This document shows positions 9,696 to 19,106 of a stretch of 64,000 nt of DNA, in pieces. The stretch is from assembly GCA_963829295.1 (NCBI GenBank), contig CAWHHU010000003.1, forward strand, positions 456,463-520,462. Reading direction: 5' to 3'. Numbering within the stretch: position 1 is the stretch's first letter; every line of letters begins with the position of its first letter. The DNA is from an uncultured Chloroflexia bacterium (lineage in GTDB: Bacteria > Chloroflexota > Limnocylindria > Limnocylindrales > CSP1-4). Under the pieces are notes generated by a model that saw only the letters and a list, made by a program, of their open reading frames with translations, ran no database searches and was not told the DNA's origin. The translations under genes were made by a program, and so were the position numbers.

Positions 9696-10480
9696 CTGGG
9701 CGTCGCGGCCGGGCCCAGCGCCAGGCGCCGAAGCAGCTCGACCGGTCCTTCACGCACCAGCCCGCGGCCGCTGGTGGCCGTGCGCAAGCGCACCAGGAAG
9801 TCCGGCAGTCGGTCACGCCCGTCGACGATGATCCTGGGCAGGGCGTAGATGTCGTCGTGGGGGTCGCTGAATGCCTGGTGCGTGGTGCAGGCGCTCCGGT
9901 AGCCACTGTCTCGCGCGATCTGGCGGACCCGCTCGTCATGCTCACCGTGCGGGTAGGCGACGTGGTGCACGTCCAGCCCCAGCCCGCTCGAGAGTTGCGC
10001 TCGCGATACCTCAAGCTCGCGCCGGATGGCGTCCAGGGACAGGTCCGGCAGGTGTGCGTGCGTCAGGCCATGGGAGCCGATCGAATGGCCCGCCGCCGCG
10101 AGATCGCGAAGCTCCGGCCAGCCGGCGAGCGCCAGACGAATCCCGCGTTCGTTCATGAGCCAGGCGCTGTCACGCCCGATCGCGCCCGCGACGATGAAGA
10201 ACGTCGCCCGCACGTTCGCCTCATGGAGCGCGGCACCGGCCACCTCGATGGCCTCAGCGTAGCCATCATCGAACGTGATCACGACGGCTCGGCGCGGCAG
10301 CGCCGCGCTGCCGTTGCGGGCGGACACGAGAGCATCAAGATCGATCGCCCGGTACCCGAGACGCCCAAGCAGGCTGAGCTGGGCGCGCAGGGCGTCGGGG
10401 TGGACCGTGTACTTCGCGAAGCCGTTCCGCACCACCCGACTGACGTGGTGGTACATCAGGATCGGGACGATGTCAGTCAC
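9692..10480 (-). CDS. Polysaccharide deacetylase (NodB/CE4)
   Basis: PILMYHHV, VITFDDGY, GSHGLTH, AYPHG; GTG start at 10480 after AGAGG. Confidence 0.88.
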   Translation of the reverse strand: MTDIVPILMYHHVSRVVRNGFAKYTVHPDALRAQLSLLGRLGYRAIDLDALVSARNGSAALPRRAVVITFDDGYAEAIEVAGAALHEANVRATFFIVAGAIGRDSAWLMNERGIRLALAGWPELRDLAAAGHSIGSHGLTHAHLPDLSLDAIRRELEVSRAQLSSGLGLDVHHVAYPHGEHDERVRQIARDSGYRSACTTHQAFSDPHDDIYALPRIIVDGRDRLPDFLVRLRTATSGRGLVREGPVELLRRLALGPAATPR

Positions 10481-10717
10481 GAATCCTCTGCATGGCCTCG
10501 CTGCGCTGCAAAGGCCGGCTCGCGCCGGCTGCTGCCCATTGTGCGGTACGACGCGTGCGTCGAACGTGACACCCGTCCCTGGCCACCGGCCGTGGCAGCC
10601 GGTCGGGACGCAGACGCATCGCGATGCGAACACAGGCCATCGAGTATCGTGCGCTGGACCGGACGGGCGCGCGATCGTCTCCGCGTCGGCGCCTGACCTG
10701 GGGGAGTTGTCGGATTC

Positions 10718-11944
10718 GTGACCATCCGTCATCGGCGTCGAATCCTGATCATCGCCCGGAGCCTGCCGGATCCGGTGGACGAGGGATACCGCATCCGTGT
10801 CCGCGCGCTGGCGCGCGGACTTGCGCGCCAGCATGACGTGACGCTCGTCGGTCACGTCGACGGCGACGCCACGGACGCACTCGCGAGCTTGCGCGCTGAT
10901 GGCATCGCCGCACATCCCGTGCCAGACCTCCACCACGCGACTGCGGTGCGACGCGCCCGCCGCTTTGCGAGCGGTCGTCCGTGGTTCACGCGCTCGTCCG
11001 ATCAACCAGAGCTGCGGGCGCTCATCGGCCGGTTGACTCGCGACCAGCCGTTCGACCTGATCCAGCTCGAGTCGAGCGAGTTCGCCGGACTGCCCGTACC
11101 GGCCGGGACACCGGTCGTCATCGACGAGCACAACATCTGGTCCGAGTTGATGCTGCGCCGCAGGGCGGTTCGGCCTTCGCCGGCACGAGGTCTGATCGAC
11201 CGGCTGGAGGCCGCTCAGCTGGCCAATGTCGAGCGTCGAGCCTGGAGCGCTGCGGCGGGGGTCGCCTTCTGTTCGGCCCGGGAGGTCGACATCGCGCGCC
11301 GCCGAGTGCCCAAGGGCACGTACGCGAGCATCCCCAACGGCTTCGACTCACTCGCATTCGAACCAGCAGCCGCCGACCTGGAGCAGGCGGATCGGCTGGT
11401 GTTCGTGGGTCTGTTGCGCTACACGCCGAACGCCGACGCCATGCGTTGGTTCTGCACGCAGATCCTGCCCATCGTCCGCGAGACAATCCCGGGGGCCCAC
11501 CTCGACGTCGTCGGCAAGGAACCACCGGCGGCCGTGCGTCTGCTGGCGGGCCCCGGGGTCGAGGTCTCGGGCACCGTCCCCGACGTGCGGCCGTCGCTCG
11601 CCCGCGCGTCGGTCGTGGTCGTGCCGCTCCGGGTCGCGAGCGGGACCCGGATCAAGATCCTCCAGGCGTTCGCCATGGCCAAGCCGGTCGTGACGACCAG
11701 CATCGGCTGCGAGGGTCTCGACGTTCGCGACGGCGAGCATGTGCTCATCGCCGACGACGAGCGGTCATTCGCTGCGGCCGTGTGTCGGTTGCTCGAGGAC
11801 CCGGCGCTGAGGCGCCAGCTGGGCGATGCCGGGCGACGCTTCGTCGCCGACGGCCATCAGTGGTCGCACAGCGTCGAGCGCCTGGAGGCATTCCACACGC
11901 AGATCCTCGCGCATCGAACGGCGTCGCCGCAGGGAGCGGCCTGA
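10718..11944 (+). CDS. GT4 family glycosyltransferase
   Basis: DEHNI, IPNG, FVG..Y.PN.DA, SGTRIKILQAFAMAKPVVTT. Confidence 0.88.
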   Translation: MTIRHRRRILIIARSLPDPVDEGYRIRVRALARGLARQHDVTLVGHVDGDATDALASLRADGIAAHPVPDLHHATAVRRARRFASGRPWFTRSSDQPELRALIGRLTRDQPFDLIQLESSEFAGLPVPAGTPVVIDEHNIWSELMLRRRAVRPSPARGLIDRLEAAQLANVERRAWSAAAGVAFCSAREVDIARRRVPKGTYASIPNGFDSLAFEPAAADLEQADRLVFVGLLRYTPNADAMRWFCTQILPIVRETIPGAHLDVVGKEPPAAVRLLAGPGVEVSGTVPDVRPSLARASVVVVPLRVASGTRIKILQAFAMAKPVVTTSIGCEGLDVRDGEHVLIADDERSFAAAVCRLLEDPALRRQLGDAGRRFVADGHQWSHSVERLEAFHTQILAHRTASPQGAA

Positions 11945-14900
11945 TTGGGCCGGGACGAACGCCAGGCTGCCCCATCTCGCGGAGACGACCGGCCGACCGG
12001 GCCGCTGCCTGCCGTCAGCGTCGTCGTGCCCACGACGGGACGCCCGGACGGGCTCGCGCGCCTGCTCGCGGCGCTCGACCGCCAGACCCTTCCGGCCGAC
12101 GCCGTCGAGATCATCGTCGTGTTCAACGGCCATGGAGCGCGGTCCGTTCTGCCGCCCGCCCGGGTCGGACCTCCTGTCCGGGTCGTCCGTCGCGATCCGC
12201 CCGGCCGCGGCGGGGCGTGCAACGCGGGGGTGGCTGTGGCGCGCGGCGAGCTGATCGTCTTCCTCGACGACGACATGGCACCGCTGCCGGGTTGCCTGGC
12301 GGCGCACCGACTGGCCCACTCCGGCGGAGAGCGGCGGCTCGTGCTCGGGCCCGTGCCGGTCATCGAGGACCGCCGCGCGGGCCCGGCCAACTGGTACGTG
12401 ACCGCACGCTTCCGACGCCACCTGGCCCGCATCGGTGCGATCGGATACGTCCCCGAGACGAGCGACGTCTACACGGGCAACGCATCGATCGAGCGCCGGG
12501 TCCTCCAGGCCGTCGGTGGCTTCGACGAGCGACTGGTTGAGTACGGCAACGAGGATCGTGAGCTTGCGACCCGCCTGGTCCGGGCTGGCGTGCGCATCGC
12601 GTTCGCGCCGGGCGCCGTCGCGAACCAGCGCTACGACAAGGATCTGACGGAGCTGCTCTCCGACAGCCGTGCCAAGGGTCGAACCGCCGCGGCAGTGGTC
12701 GCGCGCGACCCGTCGGCGACGGCCGCGACGCGGCTGGCGCGGCCGTTCGGACCCAAACGCCGTGCCGCTCGCGGGCTGCTCAGCGCCGTCGACGCAATTG
12801 ACGAACGCCCGGCGAGGGTCGTCGTCTCGGGGCTTGTGCGTGTGCACCGGGCGTGGGCGCTCGCGGCCGTGGAAGCACTGGTCGACCTGGAATTCTGGAA
12901 GGGTGTCGGGGAGGCCCGCGCGGCGGCTCGCATCCGACGCGTCGTTCATGTCCTCGACAGCACCGAGTTCGGGGGCGCGGAGCGCGTGCTCGAACAGCTC
13001 GTCACGGGCCTCGACGCTGCGAGCTGGCAATCGATCGTGGTTCTGCCGGCGGCGGCGCGGCGAGCACGGGAGCGACTGGCGCAGGCGGGGGTCCGCACGG
13101 TCGTGGCGCGGCTGTCCGGTCGGCGGGCCCTGCTCCAGGTGGCGACGACCGCAGCGACGCTCCACAGGCTGCGGCCGGACATCGTTCACGTCCAGCGTCC
13201 GTGGCCACGCGCCGGTCGGGTAGCGCTCCTCGCCGCAACGCTCGCGAACCCGCGGGCCATCGTCGTGACCGACCATCTCGCACTCGGACGCAGCTCAACG
13301 AGACGGCGCATGCTCGAACTGGCGCTCGCCATCCGCGTTCGACGCTGGATTGCCGTCTCGCCCCATGTCGCGGCCTGGCTCGAGGCGGGTATGGGTGCAT
13401 CGCCCGACCGCATCCGGGTGGTGCCCAATGGTGTCGAGATCCCCGAGCCCCTACCGGCGGCGGCTCCGCGTCGCCCCGCGGCGGCCCATCGGCCCGAGGC
13501 CGTGGCAGGAGGATCACGTGACCAGGATCCGCTCCGGCTGCTGATGGTCGCGCAACTGCGATCTCAGAAGGGCCACGACGTGCTGCTCGAAGCCGTCGCG
13601 CGCGTTCGCGAGCCCGTGTCGTTGACCCTGGCCGGGGACGGTCCCGAAAAGGCGGCCCTCGAACGCCACATCGCTCGGCTGGATCTCGGCCCACGTGTCC
13701 GCCTGGCTGGCTTTGTTGACGACGTCGCGACCCTCCTCGACGAAACCGACGTCGTCGTGCTGCCGTCGCGCTTCGAGGGCCTGCCGCTGGCCGTCCTCGA
13801 GGCCATGGCCGCAGGAGTCGCGGTCGTGGCGACCAGAGTGCCCGGTACCGCCGACGTCATCACCGATGGCCAGACCGGTCTGCTCGTCCCGCCCGAGGAT
13901 CCCGTAGCGCTGGCCGCCGCGATCCGTCGCCTGGCCCGAGATCCCACACTTCGTGAGCGCCTCGCCCGTGCGGGATGCGAGCTCGCCCGTTCGCGCTTCG
14001 ACGTCGGCCGCATGGTCGAGGCGGTCGAGTCCGTGTATCGCGAGGCCCTGCGCCTCGGGGAGAACCGGGACGAGGCGTACCGCCTGTCGACACGGTCGAT
14101 GCCAGAGTCCCGCCTCGACGCCCTGCTGCGCACCATCGACCTCCGCGTCCTGACCGGGAGCGTGGCGCCGGCATCGGCGGCGGCGATCGGGCACCAAGCC
14201 GACGCGCTCGTCGAGGCACTGTCCCATGTCGCCGGCACGGCTGTGCGCCTCGAGCCGGATGCTGGTCGTCGTTTCGGGCTGGTCGTCGCACGCGACCCGG
14301 ATCCGGGACAGGCGTCGACCGCCGCGGCCGCCGTTTCGCCGGGCGGCGGCCTGGTCGTGCTCAGCTCGCGCACGTCCGGTCAGGCGGCCGTGGTCCGGGC
14401 GCTCGACGGCGCGGGCCTGACGATCGTCGGACGGTATGCTCCCTGGCCCGCGCCCACGCGACCACGCGCGTGGCTGCCGATCGGCGTCCGGGAGCTGCGG
14501 GCCGTCCTCGAGCTCGATGTCGGACGCAGCAACGCCAGGACGATGATGCGCGCCGCCGCGGCCCTCGTCTGGCGATGGCGTGTCGCGACGGGACGCTGGC
14601 CGATTGCGATCGTGGCCCGGCGTGGCCCGGTTGGACAGGATTCGGGGGCGGCGGACGACGCCCTCGGGCTCGTCGGGTCGGACGGCCGACGCTGGCTCCT
14701 GCTGACCGGCGGCCGTCGAAGCCACAACCGCATCGTCGCTCTCGGGTACGCCCGGGATCCGAGGACCCCCGAGCGCGTGGCGACGGTTGCCCGGGTGCCT
14801 GCCTCCGTCGCCGGACTCCAGCGCGAGGCGAATGCCCTTCGGGCGCTCGCCCACCTCGGGCCGGCCGGCGTCAGCGGGGTGCCGTCGCTCGTGGACGAAC

Positions 14901-15664
14901 GCGGCGAGGCTTTGGGCACGATCGTGGTCCAGACCGGTCTCGGCGGGCGTCGACTGTCGCGTACCTTGCGCCACGCCGACTTCGAGGACGTCGCCGATCG
15001 CCTCGCCGACTGGCTCGTCCAGCTGATCCGACGGGCCGATCCGATGCCCGGCGATGCCGTTCGGCGCCAGCTTGTCGAGCCCCTTCTGGTCGACCTCGCC
15101 GAGGACTTCGGATCGGTGCTCGAGCCGCGGACACCCGAGCGCGTTCGGCGGCTGCTCGAGGGACTGGGCCCACTGCCGCGGGCGATCGAGCACCGTGACC
15201 TGGCCCCCTGGAACATTCGCGAGCTCCGGGCTGGCGCGCTCGGAGTGCTGGACTGGGAGTCGGCGGAGCTCGACGGCGTGGCGGGTCCCGATCTCCACTA
15301 CGCCATCGCCCACCTGGCGTTCGACCTGACCGGGGCCACGAGCCCAGAGGCGCAGATTCGCGTGTACTCCTCGCTGCTCGACCCCACGACGCGCCTGGGC
15401 GACGCCAGCGGGCGGGTGCTGGCACGCTACGCGCAGGCCGCCGGCATGGCGCTCTCGGACCTGCGCCGGACGGCGCTCCTGACGTGGCTGATCCACGGTC
15501 GGTCCGAATATGCGCGGCTCGCGGCCGACTCAGGGGGAGAACCGACGAGCGGGTCGCTCCGGCGCGCCTTCTTCCCACGGCTCCTGGTGCGGGTCGCCGA
15601 TGCGCTCGCTTACGACGGGCCAACCGACGGACCGGCGGCCAGCGATGGCGCCATCTGGCGCTAG
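11945..15664 (+). CDS. Multidomain GT2 + GT4 + APH/kinase-like fusion protein (1239 aa)
   Basis: GT2 (VVVPT, FLDDD, EDREL), GT4 (FGGAE, VVPNGV, FEGLPLAVLEAMA), C-terminal HRDLAPWN and LDWE phosphotransferase motifs, all in one open frame. Confidence 0.8.
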   Translation: MGRDERQAAPSRGDDRPTGPLPAVSVVVPTTGRPDGLARLLAALDRQTLPADAVEIIVVFNGHGARSVLPPARVGPPVRVVRRDPPGRGGACNAGVAVARGELIVFLDDDMAPLPGCLAAHRLAHSGGERRLVLGPVPVIEDRRAGPANWYVTARFRRHLARIGAIGYVPETSDVYTGNASIERRVLQAVGGFDERLVEYGNEDRELATRLVRAGVRIAFAPGAVANQRYDKDLTELLSDSRAKGRTAAAVVARDPSATAATRLARPFGPKRRAARGLLSAVDAIDERPARVVVSGLVRVHRAWALAAVEALVDLEFWKGVGEARAAARIRRVVHVLDSTEFGGAERVLEQLVTGLDAASWQSIVVLPAAARRARERLAQAGVRTVVARLSGRRALLQVATTAATLHRLRPDIVHVQRPWPRAGRVALLAATLANPRAIVVTDHLALGRSSTRRRMLELALAIRVRRWIAVSPHVAAWLEAGMGASPDRIRVVPNGVEIPEPLPAAAPRRPAAAHRPEAVAGGSRDQDPLRLLMVAQLRSQKGHDVLLEAVARVREPVSLTLAGDGPEKAALERHIARLDLGPRVRLAGFVDDVATLLDETDVVVLPSRFEGLPLAVLEAMAAGVAVVATRVPGTADVITDGQTGLLVPPEDPVALAAAIRRLARDPTLRERLARAGCELARSRFDVGRMVEAVESVYREALRLGENRDEAYRLSTRSMPESRLDALLRTIDLRVLTGSVAPASAAAIGHQADALVEALSHVAGTAVRLEPDAGRRFGLVVARDPDPGQASTAAAAVSPGGGLVVLSSRTSGQAAVVRALDGAGLTIVGRYAPWPAPTRPRAWLPIGVRELRAVLELDVGRSNARTMMRAAAALVWRWRVATGRWPIAIVARRGPVGQDSGAADDALGLVGSDGRRWLLLTGGRRSHNRIVALGYARDPRTPERVATVARVPASVAGLQREANALRALAHLGPAGVSGVPSLVDERGEALGTIVVQTGLGGRRLSRTLRHADFEDVADRLADWLVQLIRRADPMPGDAVRRQLVEPLLVDLAEDFGSVLEPRTPERVRRLLEGLGPLPRAIEHRDLAPWNIRELRAGALGVLDWESAELDGVAGPDLHYAIAHLAFDLTGATSPEAQIRVYSSLLDPTTRLGDASGRVLARYAQAAGMALSDLRRTALLTWLIHGRSEYARLAADSGGEPTSGSLRRAFFPRLLVRVADALAYDGPTDGPAASDGAIWR

Positions 15665-15727
15665 CTAGGCCGAAGTTCCAGCGCGCGGGCGTGCTCACCT
15701 GAGCACGGCGACGGTGTCGGGTTCTGA

Positions 15728-17458
15728 CTACACGCTGGCGGGTGTGAGCTCGAGCAGGGCGAGGGCCCGGGCCTGGAGGGCGGTCGGCACGGCGGTGATC
15801 TCGAACGCTGCCTCGGGCACGCCGGCCGGGGCGACCCGGTCGCGGGTGAGGGTCGCGAGCTCGGCGAGCAGGGTCCGGAAGCTGTGGGCGGGCGTGCCAT
15901 CCGCCAGCCGGCCGGTGCGCGCCTTGCGCTCCGCGGCCGCCGAGCGGCGGGCGGGGGCAACCGGGTCGGCGAGCTCGGGCGGCTGCTCGTCGCGGAACAG
16001 CAGCGGCGCCCAGGCCCGCTCGAGGTGCCACTGCACGTAGTAGGCGAGCATGCACAGCAGGATGTGGGCCCGGACCCGCGGCTCGGTCCAGTGGCGGATC
16101 GGGTGGATCGCGATGTCGGTCCCCTTGAACGCGCGGAACGCCCGCTCCACCCGGGTCAGGCGCTTGTACGCCCGGACGACGTCGGGTGCCGCCAGGCGCT
16201 CCGGGCCGACCGAGGTGCGCAGGACGTACAGGCCGTCGAGCGCCGCCTCCGCCGCGATCGACGCCTCGTCGCGGGTGATGGTGAGGGCCCCGTCGCTGAT
16301 CTCACACCGGAGATGCTTGGCCATCTTGTAGCGGTCGATCACCCGGCCCACCGCGAGCCCGATCCGGGCGGCGCCCGCCAGGCGTCCGAGCGCGACCCGG
16401 GCGACGATCGGGGCGAGTCTCGCCTCGGTCGCCGCGAGCAGGTCGGCCCGCTTGCGGGCCCGCTCGGCGGCGAGCAGCGGGTTGCGGCACACGACCAGGC
16501 GCTCGCCCGGGTAGTCGGGGCTCGCGATCTCGGCGAGGTTGCGCTCGTCGAACAGCCCGAGCTGGAGGTCGCCCGCCTCGAGCAGGCCCGCGAGCGCCGG
16601 GCCCCGGAGCGAGCTCACCCAGTCGAGCGAGGCGTCGCGGAGCGCGGCGATCCGGGCGCTGGTGAGCATCCCCCGGTCGCCCACAAGGATGGCCGAGGCG
16701 AGGCCGAACCGGGCCCGCAGCTTCTCGACCGCCGCGGGGACGGTGGCCGGGTCGGCGGTGTTGCCGGCCACGACCTCGACCGCGACCGGGCGGCCCTCGG
16801 GGTCGGTGAGCAGGCCGTACTCGACCTGGAGCGTGCCGGGCTTCCCGTCCCGGCTGTAGCCGATCCGCGCCAGCGGGTTGTGGCGGCCGGTGACCCAGGT
16901 GGACGACAGGTCGTACAGGACGAGACCGCCGGGCTCGAGGTGGCGGGCGGCAAGCCTCGCCTCGATCCGGGGCTGGCGCGCGAGCAGCCAGTCCATCGCG
17001 GCGTACAGCTCGTCGTCGGTGGCGTCCGCGACGCCGAGCACCGCGCCGAGCGTCGTCTGGGCCAGCCGCCTCGCGGTATCGAGCTTGGAGCCCGGGGCCA
17101 GCAGGCGGGCCACGATGAGCGCCACAGCGAGGTTGCGCCGCCGGCTCGGGCGGGGGTCGAGCAGCGACTCGAGCTCCAGGCGCCGCAGGGTGCCCAGGAT
17201 CGCCACCACCGCGCCGTGGGGCAGGCTCGCGGAGCGCTCGAGATCCAGATCGCCCGTGGCGAGGAACCGCTCGCCGCGCAGCCCGCGCCGGACGAGCTCG
17301 ATCAGCTCGGCCGGCAGGTGGGAGAGGTTGCCCACCGTCTCGGTCTTGACCTTGCCGTCCTCGCGGTACGACCGGCGCAGCAGGTGGGTCTCGTACAGCT
17401 TGCCCTTGTAGTGCCGACGCGTCGTCGAGACATGGACGGCGCCGCCTCGCGTGCTCAC
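15728..17458 (-). CDS. IS1634-family DDE transposase
   Basis: LLRRSYREDGKVKTETVGNLS N-terminus, VLYDLSS, LVGDRGM, VERAFR, VRAHILLCMLAY. Confidence 0.92.
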   Translation of the reverse strand: MSTRGGAVHVSTTRRHYKGKLYETHLLRRSYREDGKVKTETVGNLSHLPAELIELVRRGLRGERFLATGDLDLERSASLPHGAVVAILGTLRRLELESLLDPRPSRRRNLAVALIVARLLAPGSKLDTARRLAQTTLGAVLGVADATDDELYAAMDWLLARQPRIEARLAARHLEPGGLVLYDLSSTWVTGRHNPLARIGYSRDGKPGTLQVEYGLLTDPEGRPVAVEVVAGNTADPATVPAAVEKLRARFGLASAILVGDRGMLTSARIAALRDASLDWVSSLRGPALAGLLEAGDLQLGLFDERNLAEIASPDYPGERLVVCRNPLLAAERARKRADLLAATEARLAPIVARVALGRLAGAARIGLAVGRVIDRYKMAKHLRCEISDGALTITRDEASIAAEAALDGLYVLRTSVGPERLAAPDVVRAYKRLTRVERAFRAFKGTDIAIHPIRHWTEPRVRAHILLCMLAYYVQWHLERAWAPLLFRDEQPPELADPVAPARRSAAAERKARTGRLADGTPAHSFRTLLAELATLTRDRVAPAGVPEAAFEITAVPTALQARALALLELTPASV

Positions 17459-17464
17459 GCACGG

Positions 17465-17493
17465 ATCATCGCCGATCCAGGTGCATCTGTCAA
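17465..17493 (-). promoter_or_regulatory. Candidate sigma70-type promoter for the transposase (likely leaderless mRNA)
   Basis: Minus strand TTGACA (17493-17488), 17 nt, GATGAT (17470-17465), 6 nt, then the GTG start at 17458. Confidence 0.5.
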
Positions 17494-17724
17494 CTATATT
17501 AGTGCCTACGTCTCAGCACATGGGACAGGCGTCATCCGTGCTCAGACGGGGATCCGTTCGTGCTCACCGCCGGGCGGGCGGCCGCTGGAACTTCGGGCTA
17601 GGCCCGAACGTCGGGGCGCACGACCTCCGCCACAGGTGCAATTGATGCGTCAGAGCATGAGGCAAACCAACTGACACGCTCGCGTGGTACGCGGACGCCT
17701 CGCACCGCGTCGTGCGATCGCAGG

Positions 17725-18245
17725 TCAGGTGAGCTGAGTACGGAAGGCCTCCGCCGCCTCCATGTCGCGCCGCGCGCCGAGCTCCGAGAACGACGCGATC
17801 GCGGCGCGGGCCCCGCGAGCAGCGTCCCCCCAGTCGCCGAGGGCTGCAGCCGCGCGCGCCGCCTGCATCCGGCATCGGGCCGACTCGTAGGGAGCCCCGA
17901 CCGAACGCCACCGCAGAGCAGCGTCACGAACGAGGACGATCGCCCGAGCGGCGTCTCCATCGGCAAGCGAGACGCCACCCTGGCACGCCGCCGCGGTCGC
18001 CGCGAGGACTGGGCCGGGAAATGCATCGGCGAGGTCCGCGAGGTCGCCGCACAGCCCGCGAGCCCGATCCACGTCGCCGGCGCCGAGCGCGATCTCGACG
18101 ACCGCCGGAAGGTAGCGAGCGCGGGTCAACGGGTCATCCCCGGCGGCATCCAGAGCGCGGGTGATGGCGGCGAGCGCACCAAGGCCATCGCCCTCGGCGA
18201 GAAGCACCAGCGAGTGACCCGGACCCGGCGGCAGGCCGAACTCGG
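17725..18245 (-). pseudogene. 3' part of HTH-TPR (LuxR/MalT-like) regulator interrupted by a transposon
   Basis: EFGLPPGPG..., RWRSVGAPYESARCR, SELGA; joins in frame to 21312-22499. Confidence 0.88.
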
Positions 18246-18416
18246 TGTTGGCGGCATGACTGTATGGGCATGAACCCGCTGATGAGGGCCGCGCTGAATG
18301 GGGACGTCGACAGCGGGCGGCGCGCAGCTGAGATGATCTGACCCGACGCAACCAGGTGACCCCCCGAGGGATGTTGGCCCCCGGGGGGTCGGTGGTGGAG
18401 AAGTGGTCCACCGTCG

Positions 18417-19106
18417 GTGATCGTATGGCCCTGCGGGCTCGATGTCAGCGCGTATGCCGCGAAGGGGCGCGAGGTCGCGCCGCCCCGCGTGAGCTGCCCA
18501 CGCTGCGGCGGACCGACCGGGCCCTGGTCGGGATACCGCCGGCACCTGCGCGACGCGGAGCTCCACCGCATCTTCGTGCCCCGGGTGCGCTGCAAACGGT
18601 GCGGCGTGACCTCGGCCCTGCTGCCCTGGTTCGTGGCCCCGTACCGCTGGGACACCGTCGACGTCATCGGGCGGGCGCTGGAGCTCTCGGCGGGCGGCCA
18701 GGGGGTGCGCCGGATCGCGGCGTCGCTCGGGCGTCCCGAGACGACCGTCCGCGAGTGGGTCCGCCGGTTCGGCATCGTGGCCGCCGACCTTGCCCGGGCC
18801 CTGCTCGTGGCCGCGGTCGGGACCGGCTGGTCGGGCTTCGACCTGCCGACGGCGCCCGGTCCCCGAGCGGCTGCCGCGGTCGCCGCCCTCGCGTCAGCCT
18901 GGGCTCGCCGCCACGGACCCGCCGGGGCCTGGCGCCTGGCGGACCTCGTCACCGGCGGGGCCTGGCTCGCCCCCAACACGACCTCGCCCTTGGCACCGCC
19001 GGCGGTCTCCCATGTGATGGCCGGGAAACCCCGACCGCATCCTGGAGGTGACCCATGGCCGCCCGCGACCCCGCCGAAGCCCTCGCCCTCTGGCGGTACC
19101 ACCTGA
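18417..19106 (+). CDS. Transposon accessory protein, zinc finger plus HTH (DUF6431-like)
   Basis: CPRCG...RVRCKRCG..ALLPWF..PY; VRRIAASLGRPETTVREWVRRF helix-turn-helix. Confidence 0.75.
   Translation: MIVWPCGLDVSAYAAKGREVAPPRVSCPRCGGPTGPWSGYRRHLRDAELHRIFVPRVRCKRCGVTSALLPWFVAPYRWDTVDVIGRALELSAGGQGVRRIAASLGRPETTVREWVRRFGIVAADLARALLVAAVGTGWSGFDLPTAPGPRAAAAVAALASAWARRHGPAGAWRLADLVTGGAWLAPNTTSPLAPPAVSHVMAGKPRPHPGGDPWPPATPPKPSPSGGTT

Larger units (their letters stand above)
15670..17596 (-). mobile_element. IS1634-family insertion sequence, 1927 bp
   Basis: Perfect 14-bp TIR CCGAAGTTCCAGCG (15670-15683 / 17583-17596); 6-bp direct repeat GCTAGG at 15664-15669 and 17597-17602; single transposase. 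Confidence 0.92.

Noticed and set aside
13514-15496. 660-aa minus-strand ORF
   Set aside because: Antisense shadow of the GT-kinase fusion
15884-17674. 596-aa plus-strand ORF
   Set aside because: Antisense shadow of the IS1634 transposase
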